Positions 49,753 through 61,575 of a stretch of DNA of 64,000 nt are shown piece by piece. Below the pieces are notes generated by a model. It had not been told where the DNA came from, searched no databases, and saw only the letters and a list, made by a program, of their open reading frames with translations. The position numbers and the translations under genes are program-made. The DNA is from Candidatus Levyibacteriota bacterium (GTDB taxonomy: Bacteria; Patescibacteriota; Microgenomatia; Levybacterales; UBA12049), in the NCBI GenBank assembly GCA_963716145.1, contig OY970292.1:1029404-1093403 (forward strand). Reading direction: 5' to 3'. Each line of letters opens with the position of its first letter. The stretch's first letter is position 1.

Positions 49753-52539
49753 CTATGGAATATCAGGATAGTGGCATTTTTTCCACTTTTTTCCACTCCC
49801 GCAGGGACATGGATCATTGCGGCTGAGTTTGCTTTTTCCTTCTCCCTGGGCTTTTGCACTATTTGGTTTTTTCGCGCCTTCAGAAACCTCACTTGCCGGA
49901 GCGTTGGTGATTATTTGTCTGGGTTTTTTAAGTTGCGGAACAATTTGTTCAGGGGTCTGTGTTTGATGCGCGGGGCCGTCGTGTACAGAACCGTCTTCAT
50001 GAGTATGCTGCTGTGTCTGGATTTGGATTTTATAAATCCTGTGGGCAACTTCATCATCAATTCCACTCATGAGACTTTCAAACATTCTGAAGCCTTCATT
50101 TTTGTATTCAACAAGCGGATCTTTCTGAGCGTATCCGCGAAGACCAATCCCGGATCTCAAATTATCCATCGCGTCGAGGTGATTCATCCAGAGATTATCA
50201 ATCACAGAAAGCATTACAAACTTATCAACTTGACGCATAAGAGTCTCGCCAACCTGTTTTTCCCGCTCTTTGTATAAATCGTCTGCAATTTTGGTCAGAA
50301 AATCACTTTTCTCCTCAACTGTTTGCAGCTGCTGGAGTTGTGTAACCAGTTGTTTTTTTGAGGGTTCATCAAAAGGTATGATTGTCGCAAATTCCTCCAC
50401 AGCCTTTTCATTAACTGATTCAGTCGGATTATTTTCTACAGCCGCGAGATTTACCATTGAACTGACTGTCGTATTAATTCGGTTCTGAACTTCTTCTTTG
50501 AGTGTTTTGCTATCTTGTTTGGTGGTCCCGGTTTGATCCCCTGAGCTTTCTAGTATCTGTCTTCTGAGCCCGTAGATTATCTCTCTTTGTTTATTCAAAA
50601 CATCATCATATTCTACAAGGTGTTTTCGTGTATCGAAATTAAATCCTTCTACTTTTACCTGTGCATTTTCAATTGATTTGGAAACAAGCGGGTGTTCAAG
50701 CGGAACGTCTTCCGGCATATTAAACCGCGTCATAATTCCTGCGATCTTATCTCCGCCAAAAAGCCGCATAATCTCATCATCCAAAGCCACAAAAAATCTT
50801 GATGCGCCCGGATCTCCCTGTCTGCCTGATCTACCTCTTAACTGGTTATCAATACGCCGGGATTCATGCCGTTCAGTGCCGATTACATATAGTCCGCCCA
50901 GATCCAAAACTTCCTGATGCTCTTTCTCCCACTTTTTATATTCAGCAGAAGTTTTCTTGGCTGTACCGTCTTTATTTTTTGGTGTCTCACCCCCGAGAAC
51001 AATATCAACTCCCCGCCCTGCCATATTGGTTGCGACTGTTACAGCACCTTTTTTACCGGCTTGAGAGATAATTTCTGCTTCCCGCAGATGATTTTTGGCA
51101 TTAAGAAGTTCAAATTTTATTTTTCTCCGTTTTAAGTACTCCGCGACAATCTCGTTTTTCTCAATTGATGTTGTACCGACCAAAACCGGCTGTCCTTTCT
51201 TGTGTGCTGACTCAATTTCGTCAACAACCGCTGAATACTTAGCGCGGGTTGTTTTATAAACAGCATCTGAATTATCAACGCGGGCCAGGGGATTGTGGGT
51301 CGGGATCATAACAACATCAAGATTGTAAATTTTCCTGAATTCTTCTGCTTCTGTGACAGCAGTTCCTGTCATGCCGGCCAATTTTTCGTAAAGTCTGAAA
51401 TAGTTCTGAAGCGAAACAGTCGCAAGAGTTTTGGATTCCCTCTGAATTGGAACATTTTCCTTGGCCTCAATTGCCTGGTGGATTCCCTCAGACAACCGTC
51501 TTCCCTCCATAAGGCGTCCTGTAAATTCATCAACCAAAATCACCTGATTATCTTTAACAATGTACTCTTTTTCTTTATGGAAAAGAGTTCGGGCTTTGAG
51601 GGCTGCTTCCAAATGATAGACAGTATCAAAATCCTTTTCGTAAATATCAGACACACCGTAAAGTTTCTCAACCTTGCCAATTCCATGATCAGTCAAATGA
51701 GCAGTCCTGAGTTTTTCATCTATTATAAAATCCGTGTCTGGAGTCAATTTATCGATAACCTTGGCATATTCATAATAGCGCTGAGATGGTGCTTCATCAG
51801 GTGCTGAGATGATGTGAGGAGTACGGGCTTCATCAATAAGAACAGAGTCAACCTCATCAACGATCGCGAAATAATATCCTCTTTGCACGACCTGATCAAG
51901 TTCTTGAGCCATATTGTCGCGTAGATAATCAAAACCAAATTCAGAATTAATACCATAGGTAATATCCGCCTGGTATGCCTCTTTACGAGTTACAGGTTTT
52001 AGATGAAGCAGACGGTAATCAAATGCTTTTTCCTCAGTAAATTTGGGGTCGTAGATGTAGGACTGGTCATTTATAATTGATGAAACCGATACTCCTAAGA
52101 ATTCAAAGACCGGACCGTTCCATCCGGCATCACGTCGTGCCAAGTAATCATTAACAGTAACCAAGTGGACCCCTTTTCCGGTTAAGCTGTGAAGATACAA
52201 TGCAGGAATCGCTGAGACGGTTTTTCCTTCTCCTGTTTTTTGCTCCGCAATTTTACCCCGTGCCAGAACAGTTGCCGCCATGAGTTGAACATCAAAATGA
52301 CGCATCCCCAAAGTCCTGCGCGTTGCTTCACGAGCTAGAGCAAAAGCCTCAGGCATTATTTGTTCCAATGACTCCCCTTTATTTATTCTAGCTTTTAGTT
52401 CCTGAGTTTTTTTGGGAAAATCAGAATCTTTTAATTTCTCAATTTTTTCCTCAAGAATATTGATCTCTTCAACGATTGGCTGGAGTTTGTCTACTTCCCG
52501 GTTATTGGAATCAAAGAAGCGGTTTAGGATTGACAGCAT
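49753..52539 (-). CDS. secA: Preprotein translocase SecA
   Basis: KTGEGKT, VTVNDYLA, DEVDSVLIDEARTP, ATNMAGRG, QLRGRSGRQG, SEC-C CPCGSGKKWKKCH. Confidence 0.98.
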   Translation of the reverse strand: MLSILNRFFDSNNREVDKLQPIVEEINILEEKIEKLKDSDFPKKTQELKARINKGESLEQIMPEAFALAREATRRTLGMRHFDVQLMAATVLARGKIAEQKTGEGKTVSAIPALYLHSLTGKGVHLVTVNDYLARRDAGWNGPVFEFLGVSVSSIINDQSYIYDPKFTEEKAFDYRLLHLKPVTRKEAYQADITYGINSEFGFDYLRDNMAQELDQVVQRGYYFAIVDEVDSVLIDEARTPHIISAPDEAPSQRYYEYAKVIDKLTPDTDFIIDEKLRTAHLTDHGIGKVEKLYGVSDIYEKDFDTVYHLEAALKARTLFHKEKEYIVKDNQVILVDEFTGRLMEGRRLSEGIHQAIEAKENVPIQRESKTLATVSLQNYFRLYEKLAGMTGTAVTEAEEFRKIYNLDVVMIPTHNPLARVDNSDAVYKTTRAKYSAVVDEIESAHKKGQPVLVGTTSIEKNEIVAEYLKRRKIKFELLNAKNHLREAEIISQAGKKGAVTVATNMAGRGVDIVLGGETPKNKDGTAKKTSAEYKKWEKEHQEVLDLGGLYVIGTERHESRRIDNQLRGRSGRQGDPGASRFFVALDDEIMRLFGGDKIAGIMTRFNMPEDVPLEHPLVSKSIENAQVKVEGFNFDTRKHLVEYDDVLNKQREIIYGLRRQILESSGDQTGTTKQDSKTLKEEVQNRINTTVSSMVNLAAVENNPTESVNEKAVEEFATIIPFDEPSKKQLVTQLQQLQTVEEKSDFLTKIADDLYKEREKQVGETLMRQVDKFVMLSVIDNLWMNHLDAMDNLRSGIGLRGYAQKDPLVEYKNEGFRMFESLMSGIDDEVAHRIYKIQIQTQQHTHEDGSVHDGPAHQTQTPEQIVPQLKKPRQIITNAPASEVSEGAKKPNSAKAQGEGKSKLSRNDPCPCGSGKKWKKCHYPDIP

Positions 52540-52568
52540 ATATCTATATTACCACAAATTAGGCTCAG

Positions 52569-52610
52569 AAAAAACCCCGCTCATTTTATTTTAGTAATAT
52601 GGGCGGGGCT
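52569..52610 (-). terminator. Intrinsic terminator after the small Lys-rich peptide gene
   Basis: Minus strand CCCCGCCCAT..loop..ATGAGCGGGG followed by a T run. Confidence 0.75.
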
Positions 52611-52652
52611 TACCAATTGATCAGTTGGTAATGTCTGTGACATTAACCAAAA

Positions 52653-52700
52653 CTATTTCTTTTTTGCTTTTGCTTTCTTTGCTTTTTTCTTTGCTGGCAT
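52653..52700 (-). CDS. 15-aa Lys/Ala-rich peptide MPAKKKAKKAKAKKK
   Basis: SD GAGGAGGTGA 6 nt upstream of ATG; TTGACA-17-CATTAT promoter upstream; hairpin and terminator downstream. Confidence 0.7.
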   Translation of the reverse strand: MPAKKKAKKAKAKKK

Positions 52701-52852
52701 GTAAAATCACCTCCTCTTATATTTAGGATAATTTAATAATGTTATTTATCTTTAAATTTGTCAAGAATTTTTCCCTGCTTCAAAAGTGCTAAATTAGGTT
52801 GATAATCCAACAAAAATCATGATCGTTATTTATTATTTTTTTTGACAATTTG

Positions 52853-52905
52853 AGGGGCGGACGACTGAAAGGAGGAGCCCGCCTGCGAGCGTAGCGAGAC
52901 AGGGG
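52853..52905. repeat. GC-rich REP-like double hairpin downstream of serS
   Basis: GGGC-GGACGACTGAAAGGAGGA-GCCC followed by CCTG-CGAGCGTAGCGAGA-CAGG in an AT-rich context. Confidence 0.5.
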
Positions 52906-52942
52906 TGGACGGAGTTTAGAAACGGCTATAAGAGAAGAGTAG

Positions 52943-54205
52943 TTATTCTTTTGAGGAAATTACATCTTTTCCCATATATTTTTGCAAAACTTTTGGAATA
53001 AGAATACTTCCATCTTCCTGCTGATAGTTTTCAAGTATTGCGCCAAGCAGCCGCGGGGTCGCGACAACAGTATTGTTAAGAGTATATACATATTTTGTTG
53101 TACCCTCCGATGCGCGGTATTTCATGTTTAGTCTTCTTGACTGAAAATCATTAAAGTAACTTGCGGAATGAGTCTCACGGTACTTGTTTTGGGACGGGAA
53201 CCAGGTCTCTATATCGTATTTTTTACGTTGTCCCGCGCCCATGTCACCTGTGCACATAAGCAAGACTCGGTAGGCAAGTCCCAACTCCTGAAGAATTTGT
53301 TCGGAAAATTCAAGCATTTTTTCATGCCACTGTCTAGTTACATCTTCATCCGCGACAGTTAAGACAACCTGCTCAACTTTATTAAACTGATGTACGCGGA
53401 AAAATCCTTTGGTATCTTTTCCATAAGTTCCAACTTCGCGTCGAAAGCATGGAGAAACTCCGATAAGCTTTATGGGCAAGTTTTTTTCATCAAGTACTTC
53501 ATCCTGATGATATGCCGTGAGTGAGACTTCGGATGTGCCAATCAATCCCTGGCCATCCTGAGTTGTGTAATGATCTTCAATTCCCCATGGAAAATACCCA
53601 GTTCCCCATAAAGCCTCTTTGTTGACCATCCACGGAACAGCCATTGGGGTAAAATCTTGCTTACTCATAAAATCCAGCGCAAAATTTAAGACAGCTTGCT
53701 CAAGAAGCACGAGATCGCCTTTCAGAAAATAAGCTCTAGTTCCTCCAATTTTTACTGCCCTTTTTGAATCATAGAGGTTAAGATTTTCTGCCAGTTGATC
53801 ATGCGATAGGGGAGTAAAAGTGAATTTTTTAATTTCTCCTGCTTTTTTAATTTCTACGTTTCCTGATTCATCTTTTCCAATTGGTACGTCGGATCCAGCT
53901 GGATTAGGAACTTGAAACATGACTTGCTGATAGTTTTTATCAATTTCTGCAAGTTCCGGTTCCAATTTGCTTAATTCCTCCTTAAATTTTTTTCCCTTCT
54001 CAATTTGCTCATCAGTCGGCTTGGCTTTTATTGCAGACTGAAAAGAATTCGCCTCTTTTCTAATCTCTTCAATTTTTTGGATTAGTGAGCGGCGTTTTTC
54101 ATCAAGCTCCAAAACTTTATCTATGATTGAGGAATCAATTTGCTTATCAGCTGTTGCTTTTTTGACGGTTTCTTTGTTTTCGCGGATGTATTTAATATCA
54201 AGCAT
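52943..54205 (-). CDS. serS: Serine--tRNA ligase
   Basis: MLDIKYIREN, GTSEV, CFRREVG, RVHQFNKVEQ, KYDIETW, TLNNT. Confidence 0.96.
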   Translation of the reverse strand: MLDIKYIRENKETVKKATADKQIDSSIIDKVLELDEKRRSLIQKIEEIRKEANSFQSAIKAKPTDEQIEKGKKFKEELSKLEPELAEIDKNYQQVMFQVPNPAGSDVPIGKDESGNVEIKKAGEIKKFTFTPLSHDQLAENLNLYDSKRAVKIGGTRAYFLKGDLVLLEQAVLNFALDFMSKQDFTPMAVPWMVNKEALWGTGYFPWGIEDHYTTQDGQGLIGTSEVSLTAYHQDEVLDEKNLPIKLIGVSPCFRREVGTYGKDTKGFFRVHQFNKVEQVVLTVADEDVTRQWHEKMLEFSEQILQELGLAYRVLLMCTGDMGAGQRKKYDIETWFPSQNKYRETHSASYFNDFQSRRLNMKYRASEGTTKYVYTLNNTVVATPRLLGAILENYQQEDGSILIPKVLQKYMGKDVISSKE

Positions 54206-54210
54206 ACGTA

Positions 54211-54245
54211 TAAGTATAAAGTATTAGGTATTAAGTATAAAGGGT
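54211..54245. repeat. Degenerate 7-bp tandem array filling the rpsT-serS spacer
   Basis: taagtat aaagtat taggtat taagtat aaagggt. Confidence 0.7.
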
Positions 54246-54656
54246 TTATTTTTTTGTTTTTGGCGAGGATTTTTTCGCGGTAGTCTTTGGTTTTGCTGTA
54301 GCTTTAGTCTTGGGTGCATCTTTTGCCTTTACTGCTGCAGTCGCGTTTGACGCGACCGGTTTGGCTTTAGCGGTTTTTGGTGCTGCCTCTTTTGCCGGCG
54401 CTGCTTTTGTTTTAGAAGTTGAGGGACTGATTAATTTATTGAGAGAAGATTTCATTCTGGCAGCTTTATTTTTGTGCATTATGTTTGCTTTTACTGCCTT
54501 ATCAATTGCTTTGAAAGCAACGCTCACTGTCTTTGCATTTTTTGCAATCTTTGCTTTTTTAACAGCTTCTTTATAGATGTTTTTAACTTTCTTGTTCAGA
54601 AGAGTCCGCTTTTTGTCTTGTTTGAGCTTTTTTTTCGCGTGTTTTAATATTGGCAT
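54246..54656 (-). CDS. rpsT: 30S ribosomal protein S20 with a Lys/Ala/Pro-rich C-terminal extension
   Basis: MPILKHAKK, IDKAVKANIMHKNKAARMKS. Confidence 0.92.
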   Translation of the reverse strand: MPILKHAKKKLKQDKKRTLLNKKVKNIYKEAVKKAKIAKNAKTVSVAFKAIDKAVKANIMHKNKAARMKSSLNKLISPSTSKTKAAPAKEAAPKTAKAKPVASNATAAVKAKDAPKTKATAKPKTTAKKSSPKTKK

Positions 54657-54692
54657 AACGGTATTTTAGCATGCTATACTGGTAAATACAAC

Positions 54693-56357
54693 ATGCGTAA
54701 TAATTTTTTAACAAAAAGTATCGATATTTTAACCCGCCGGCAGAGTAATATTTTGTCTGCCGCTTTTGTTATTATGGGGACTGTTGTTTTGTCCCAGATT
54801 CTCGGGCTTTTTAAAAAACGTCTTCTCATATCTTTGTTTGGTGCATCAGTTACAACGGGAGTTTATGACGTTGCATATAAATTTCCGGATCTACTTTTCC
54901 AATTAGTTATCGCCAGTGCACTATCGAGTGCGTTTATTCCTGTTTTCTCAGATTTATTAGCCAAGAATAAAGAAGAAGAGGCTCACAAAATGGCATCCAA
55001 TCTCTTAACCCTGGGTGTAATCATTTTTTTCATTTTCTCACTCGTTCTTTCAATTTTTGCTCCATTTTTTCTTCAACTTTTTAATCCGGGTGGAGGTTTT
55101 TCAGCAGCAGACATGATGCTTATGGCGAATCTTTTAAGAATTATTATTTTCGGACAACTGTTGATAGTTATTGGTACTTTTTTTACAGCTCTTCTTCAGT
55201 CCTACAACCATTTTTTTATTCCGGGATTTGCTCTGGCTCTTTATAATCTGGGTATTATTGTAGGACTCTTTACGCTTTCTCCTTACATTGGAATTTATTC
55301 AGGAGCTGTCGGGACGATAATTGGAGCTTTGTTTTTTATCCTTTTTCAGCTTCCCATGGTTAAAAAAATAGGTTTTAAATACAGGCCTAGCTTATCTCTC
55401 AAAAATTCCGGTGTTATCACTATTGCAAATTTGATGTGGCCCAGAACTATCTCAAACGCGATTTTTCAGATGGGCACCATTCTTATTGTTTCTCTTGTTT
55501 CTTTTTTGCCGGCAACGGGGCGCAATTACATCATTTTTGATCTAGCCCAAACTATTGCCTGGGCGCCTGTTGCTCTTATCGGTCAGGCAATTGCTCAAGC
55601 AGCTTTTCCGGTTTTAGCTCGCGAGCGTGCAAATCTTGAAAATTTCAAAATAACTTTCATGAATAGTTTCAATCAGATGCTTTACCTGATTCTTCCTATC
55701 TCCATTCTTATCCTAGTACTTCGTATCCCGATAGTCAGACTTGTTTTTGGAGCGCCCAGACTTGATTGGCCTGCAACAGTTCTGACAGGTAGAACTCTTG
55801 CCTTTTTTGCTCTCTCTATTTTTGCGCAAGCTTTAATCGCTCTTGTCTACAGGGCTTTCTATGCGCTTCATGACACAAGGACACCGCTTGTTACAGGAGC
55901 GCTCTCTACTTTTTTTATGCTTTTATTGGGATATATTTTTATAGTTCCTATGCAGATGGGAATTTCAAGTATTGCTGCTGCGTATTCAATTGCGGGGATT
56001 GCTCAACTTTTTTTGCTTCTCTATCTTTTAAATAAGGCAACGGGAGGATTTCACCTGCCGACACTTTTTTTGTCCTGGGTCAAAATATCCGCATCATCTT
56101 TTTTTACAGCGTTTGCCTTGTATATTCCTATCAAACTTCTTGACCAATTGGTTTTTGACACCACACATACAATTAATTTGTTAATTTTAACAGGTATCTC
56201 ATCATTTGCAGGTTTTTCGCTATATCTTTTCCTGACTTGGTTTTTTGATGTGAAAGAGGCTACTATGTATGTTCTTGCTGTGCGAAAAATGGGGAATTGG
56301 AGGGAAGTTGCTGAAAAGATTGAGGAAATTATTGGTAGAGATAAAGACGGGGTTTAG
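54693..56357 (+). CDS. murJ: Lipid II flippase MurJ/MviN
   Basis: LSQILG, AYKFPD, ALSSAFIPVF, RAFYALHDTRTP; multiple TMs. Confidence 0.9.
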   Translation: MRNNFLTKSIDILTRRQSNILSAAFVIMGTVVLSQILGLFKKRLLISLFGASVTTGVYDVAYKFPDLLFQLVIASALSSAFIPVFSDLLAKNKEEEAHKMASNLLTLGVIIFFIFSLVLSIFAPFFLQLFNPGGGFSAADMMLMANLLRIIIFGQLLIVIGTFFTALLQSYNHFFIPGFALALYNLGIIVGLFTLSPYIGIYSGAVGTIIGALFFILFQLPMVKKIGFKYRPSLSLKNSGVITIANLMWPRTISNAIFQMGTILIVSLVSFLPATGRNYIIFDLAQTIAWAPVALIGQAIAQAAFPVLARERANLENFKITFMNSFNQMLYLILPISILILVLRIPIVRLVFGAPRLDWPATVLTGRTLAFFALSIFAQALIALVYRAFYALHDTRTPLVTGALSTFFMLLLGYIFIVPMQMGISSIAAAYSIAGIAQLFLLLYLLNKATGGFHLPTLFLSWVKISASSFFTAFALYIPIKLLDQLVFDTTHTINLLILTGISSFAGFSLYLFLTWFFDVKEATMYVLAVRKMGNWREVAEKIEEIIGRDKDGV

Positions 56358-56361
56358 TACG

Positions 56362-58336
<1,975 letters not shown>

Positions 58337-58339
58337 ATA

Positions 58340-58407
58340 TTAGGTTTTAGGTGTTAGTTTTTAGGGGTTAGGTTTCTAATCACTAAACACAAATCTCTAA
58401 TCACTAG
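58340..58407. repeat. 7-nt-periodic inverted repeat in the groES leader
   Basis: (TTAGnnn)x5 followed by roughly (CTAAnnn)x4-5. Confidence 0.8.
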
Positions 58408-58414
58408 TTCAGAG

Positions 58415-58441
58415 TTATCACTCGGTCGATTAGAATGCTAG
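58415..58441. promoter_or_regulatory. CIRCE element (HrcA operator) upstream of groES
   Basis: TTATCACTC-N9-GAATGCTAG versus consensus TTAGCACTC-N9-GAGTGCTAA; abuts a minus-strand TTGACA-17-TAAACT promoter (58440-58468). Confidence 0.8.
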
Positions 58442-58551
58442 TTTATAACAGGAGCAAAAAGATGTCAAGACCCTAAAACGGCCGGACTCCATTTTCGATG
58501 ATTATTCGCCTACTATTGACACATAGTTAAGTATTTATATACAGTATATAT

Positions 58552-60682
58552 ATGCCCGTAACTGAGACCAGTGAAGTAAAGCCTCAATCATCCAGCCCAA
58601 AAGGTATTATTGCATTCATTATAGTGGTACTGATTTTCGGATCCGCGGCAATGCTTGCACTCCGCAACAACAATAGAAATAACGATTCCAACAATCAGCA
58701 AAACGGCCAAAATCCATCTAAGTCAGCGCCCCTACTCAGCTCGCCTATCTCCCCGCATACACTGGTATATGGCGGGTGGGTAGGAAATAAATCATCAATA
58801 AAATCGCTTGACCTTTCCTCAGGTGAGAACAAAACCCTGGCAGAGCTTCCGGAAAATATCAAAAAAGTAAGCGTTATTTCATCTGACTCCCTTCTATATA
58901 TAGATCAGACAGATGATCGCGACCACGGCAAGCAGCTGGTGCTGTATTCATTGAGAGATAAGAAACCCCTGGCGACTGTTTCTGCCTCAGCCGGTTTTGG
59001 AATTGATGATTATGCCGTTTCTCCAAACAAACAATTTGTGGCAATCTGGGAAGTTTCTTTTGCGCCTAATTCTTCAGTGCTTAAAGGAGGGCATTCACGG
59101 GTCTATGCGTTGAATTTGGACAGTCCCACCGTCAAGAATCTTATTTACGACGAATCAGCTTCAGTTTTTGTAAATAATCCCCGCGCAGTTCTCAATGACG
59201 GAAGAGTTGTTACGGATAGATTTGTTCCAAATGATCCCAATGGCCAGGGATGGGCATATGGAGTAAGCATCTCAAGCTTTGATGGGACTACCAAACAACA
59301 ACTCACTCAAATGCAAGACGGTACATATGGAACCCCACCAGTCATATCACCTGACGGGAAAAAACTTGTGTTCACCGGTTACAATGGTTCATCAGGACCA
59401 GGTACGGGATTGGTGAATGGTTTTAGGAGGGCTATTGCCAAAAGTAACACAATTGACGTGATTGATGTAGCAACTCTTGAGCGCAAAACCATACCCAATA
59501 ATCTTCCGTCAGGCACTATTTACAGTACTGCCGGTTGGGGAGATACAGCCGATGATATTGTTTTTAACTCAACCGACGGTTTGTATGCGCAGAATCTCGC
59601 CACGCAGACTGTAACAAAGCTTAATCAAACAGAATTATCCTACGTTACAAAACTTTCAACCGACAAAACACTTCTCGGCTCAGAAGATGAATCCGAGTCT
59701 ACTCTCGGCAACCTAGGCGACACATATGCTTCCTCAATTAAGCAATTTTCCGTACAGGATGCAAAAACAGCACAACTTATCGGGCTCAACTTATCTGACA
59801 ATCTTATGCAATACATTTCACTACTGCCTGCAAATTATTTCCCAGAGGTTTTGGGAACATTGGTTGTTCCCACCAACCTTACTCCAACGATAATCGATCT
59901 CTATTCAGATAAGAATGTCAAAAAAGACAATCTCCAGCTTTACACTTTTTATCTCAAAGCAGATCTCGCTCCAAAAAGAACGGTCCAGCAGACAGGCCTC
60001 TCCGGTGGAAGGAAAACCAAGATGTCGTGATCTCGCAGCTGAGCAGTGTAAGGAGTCGGGACAGGTAGAAGGTACAGAGTCATATAAGGATTGTGTGAAA
60101 GCACAGAAAAAGGTAAATAAAAAGCAGGATGATCTTTGTTATGACTCACCACTTTATTTATATGGAAAAGAGGGACAAAAAGTGGATGTAAAAGTAAACA
60201 CACCGGTATATAATTCAGTACCCGGTTACAACAACGGTTACTCAACAACACTACTTGGAGGAGGAAACGTATCGATAAACGGAGTAAATTATGACAGCAT
60301 AAGCTATGATTACAAGCCTGCGCTGAGAAGAATAACGGCTCCAACTCAGGGTACTATTGTTCCTCAGAAGGATCTGGCAAAAGCCGTAAGGTCATATGCA
60401 GGCAAACTTGGATTAAATGCCAAAGAAGCAGTTGACATAGTTGCGTATGCAGAGGAAAATGTAAAAGCGCCGTACGTTTTTGTCTCCTTCTTTGATCACA
60501 ATAAATCTCAAAATATCCTTCCTCTGTCATTTACACCGCAGCCGGATAATTACCAAAATGTTGTTTTTTACTTTGCTCGGCTCAAATCAGATCCCGGTTT
60601 TACTCCTAAGTCCCCGGTTTTCCCACAGCCTGTTAGCAGAACAGGCCTGACTGCTATTGAAGTTAGCGCGATTGTAGAGTAA
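58552..60682 (+). CDS. Membrane-anchored beta-propeller (TolB/PD40-like) surface protein; probable frameshift near 59995
   Basis: TM, SPNKQ/SPDGKKLVF propeller motifs; ORFs 58552-60030 and 59915-60682 overlap and read as one protein. Confidence 0.55.
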
Positions 60683-60695
60683 TATATAGTTAATT

Positions 60696-61139
60696 ATGAA
60701 GCGGTTATTTTTATTCTTCTTTGCTCTTCTATTTTTTATTTTCCCATCTGTTGCCTCAGCGCAGATTACTACAACGGGCAAACTCATTACGGTTGACCGG
60801 GGAAAGCAGATGCTTTATGCCTGGGAGGGAGGACGCATTATCAATCAAACTCCTGTCTCAACCGGCATGTATTACACGCCGACAGTAAAGGGGAGTTTCA
60901 AAATCTACCGTAAAATTCCGCTTCAGGATATGAAAGGAAGTTACCCACCGTATCCGCCGTATTTCACCAAAAATGTGCCGAATGTGATGTATTTTTACGG
61001 AGCATACGCTATCCATGGAACTTACTGGCATAATGCTTTTGGTTCCCGTGCCAGCCACGGATGTGTCAATGTCCCGGTTCCATTCTCCGCTTGGCTCTAT
61101 GGCTGGGCCGACCAGGGGACAAGAGTTGAAGTATTTTGA
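60696..61139 (+). CDS. L,D-transpeptidase (YkuD family)
   Basis: PVSTG...PT..G.F, AIHGTYWHNAFG..ASHGCVN. Confidence 0.92.
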   Translation: MKRLFLFFFALLFFIFPSVASAQITTTGKLITVDRGKQMLYAWEGGRIINQTPVSTGMYYTPTVKGSFKIYRKIPLQDMKGSYPPYPPYFTKNVPNVMYFYGAYAIHGTYWHNAFGSRASHGCVNVPVPFSAWLYGWADQGTRVEVF

Positions 61140-61147
61140 TTTGTCTA

Positions 61148-61573
61148 TACTTTTGTGAAAAGTACTCAAAATCTACTTTTATTTGTTCTTTTGTGCCGAC
61201 AAAAGAACCAAAAGCTCGTGAGCAGCAAAGTCGCGCTAAAATTGTTTCATTCGTTAGTCGGGTCATAACACCCCATCCGCTCTAAAGGCGGGTTTCCCCT
61301 GACAACTCATTCACAATTTTCTAACGCGCTTTGTTTGAAAGCTCACCACACCAAAGATTTTTTGCCGTTCGCTGCGTAATGCATAAAAAAGTTTGCGAAT
61401 GCATCAGGGGGATTCCCCGCAAACTTGTCGGGGAGGGGGTGAAATCACCCGATAAGTGAGCAAATCTTTTGAAAGCATGGAGCGAGACTAGGCAATAGTT
61501 TTGGGCACTTTTGCTACCAAAAGTGCGAAAGAATTTGAATTTGGTTTCTTTGTCTGCACAAAGAAAGTAACCA
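61148..61573. other. Highly structured intergenic element with terminal palindromes (candidate ncRNA or MITE/REP-type element)
   Basis: At least eight stems visible by eye; two pairs of related inverted palindromes at the ends. Confidence 0.55.
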
Positions 61574-61575
61574 GT

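Noticed and set aside
61400-61470. tmRNA or RNase P RNA
   Set aside because: No tRNA-like T-arm/CCA end or tag ORF; no GAGGAAAGTCC motif on either strand
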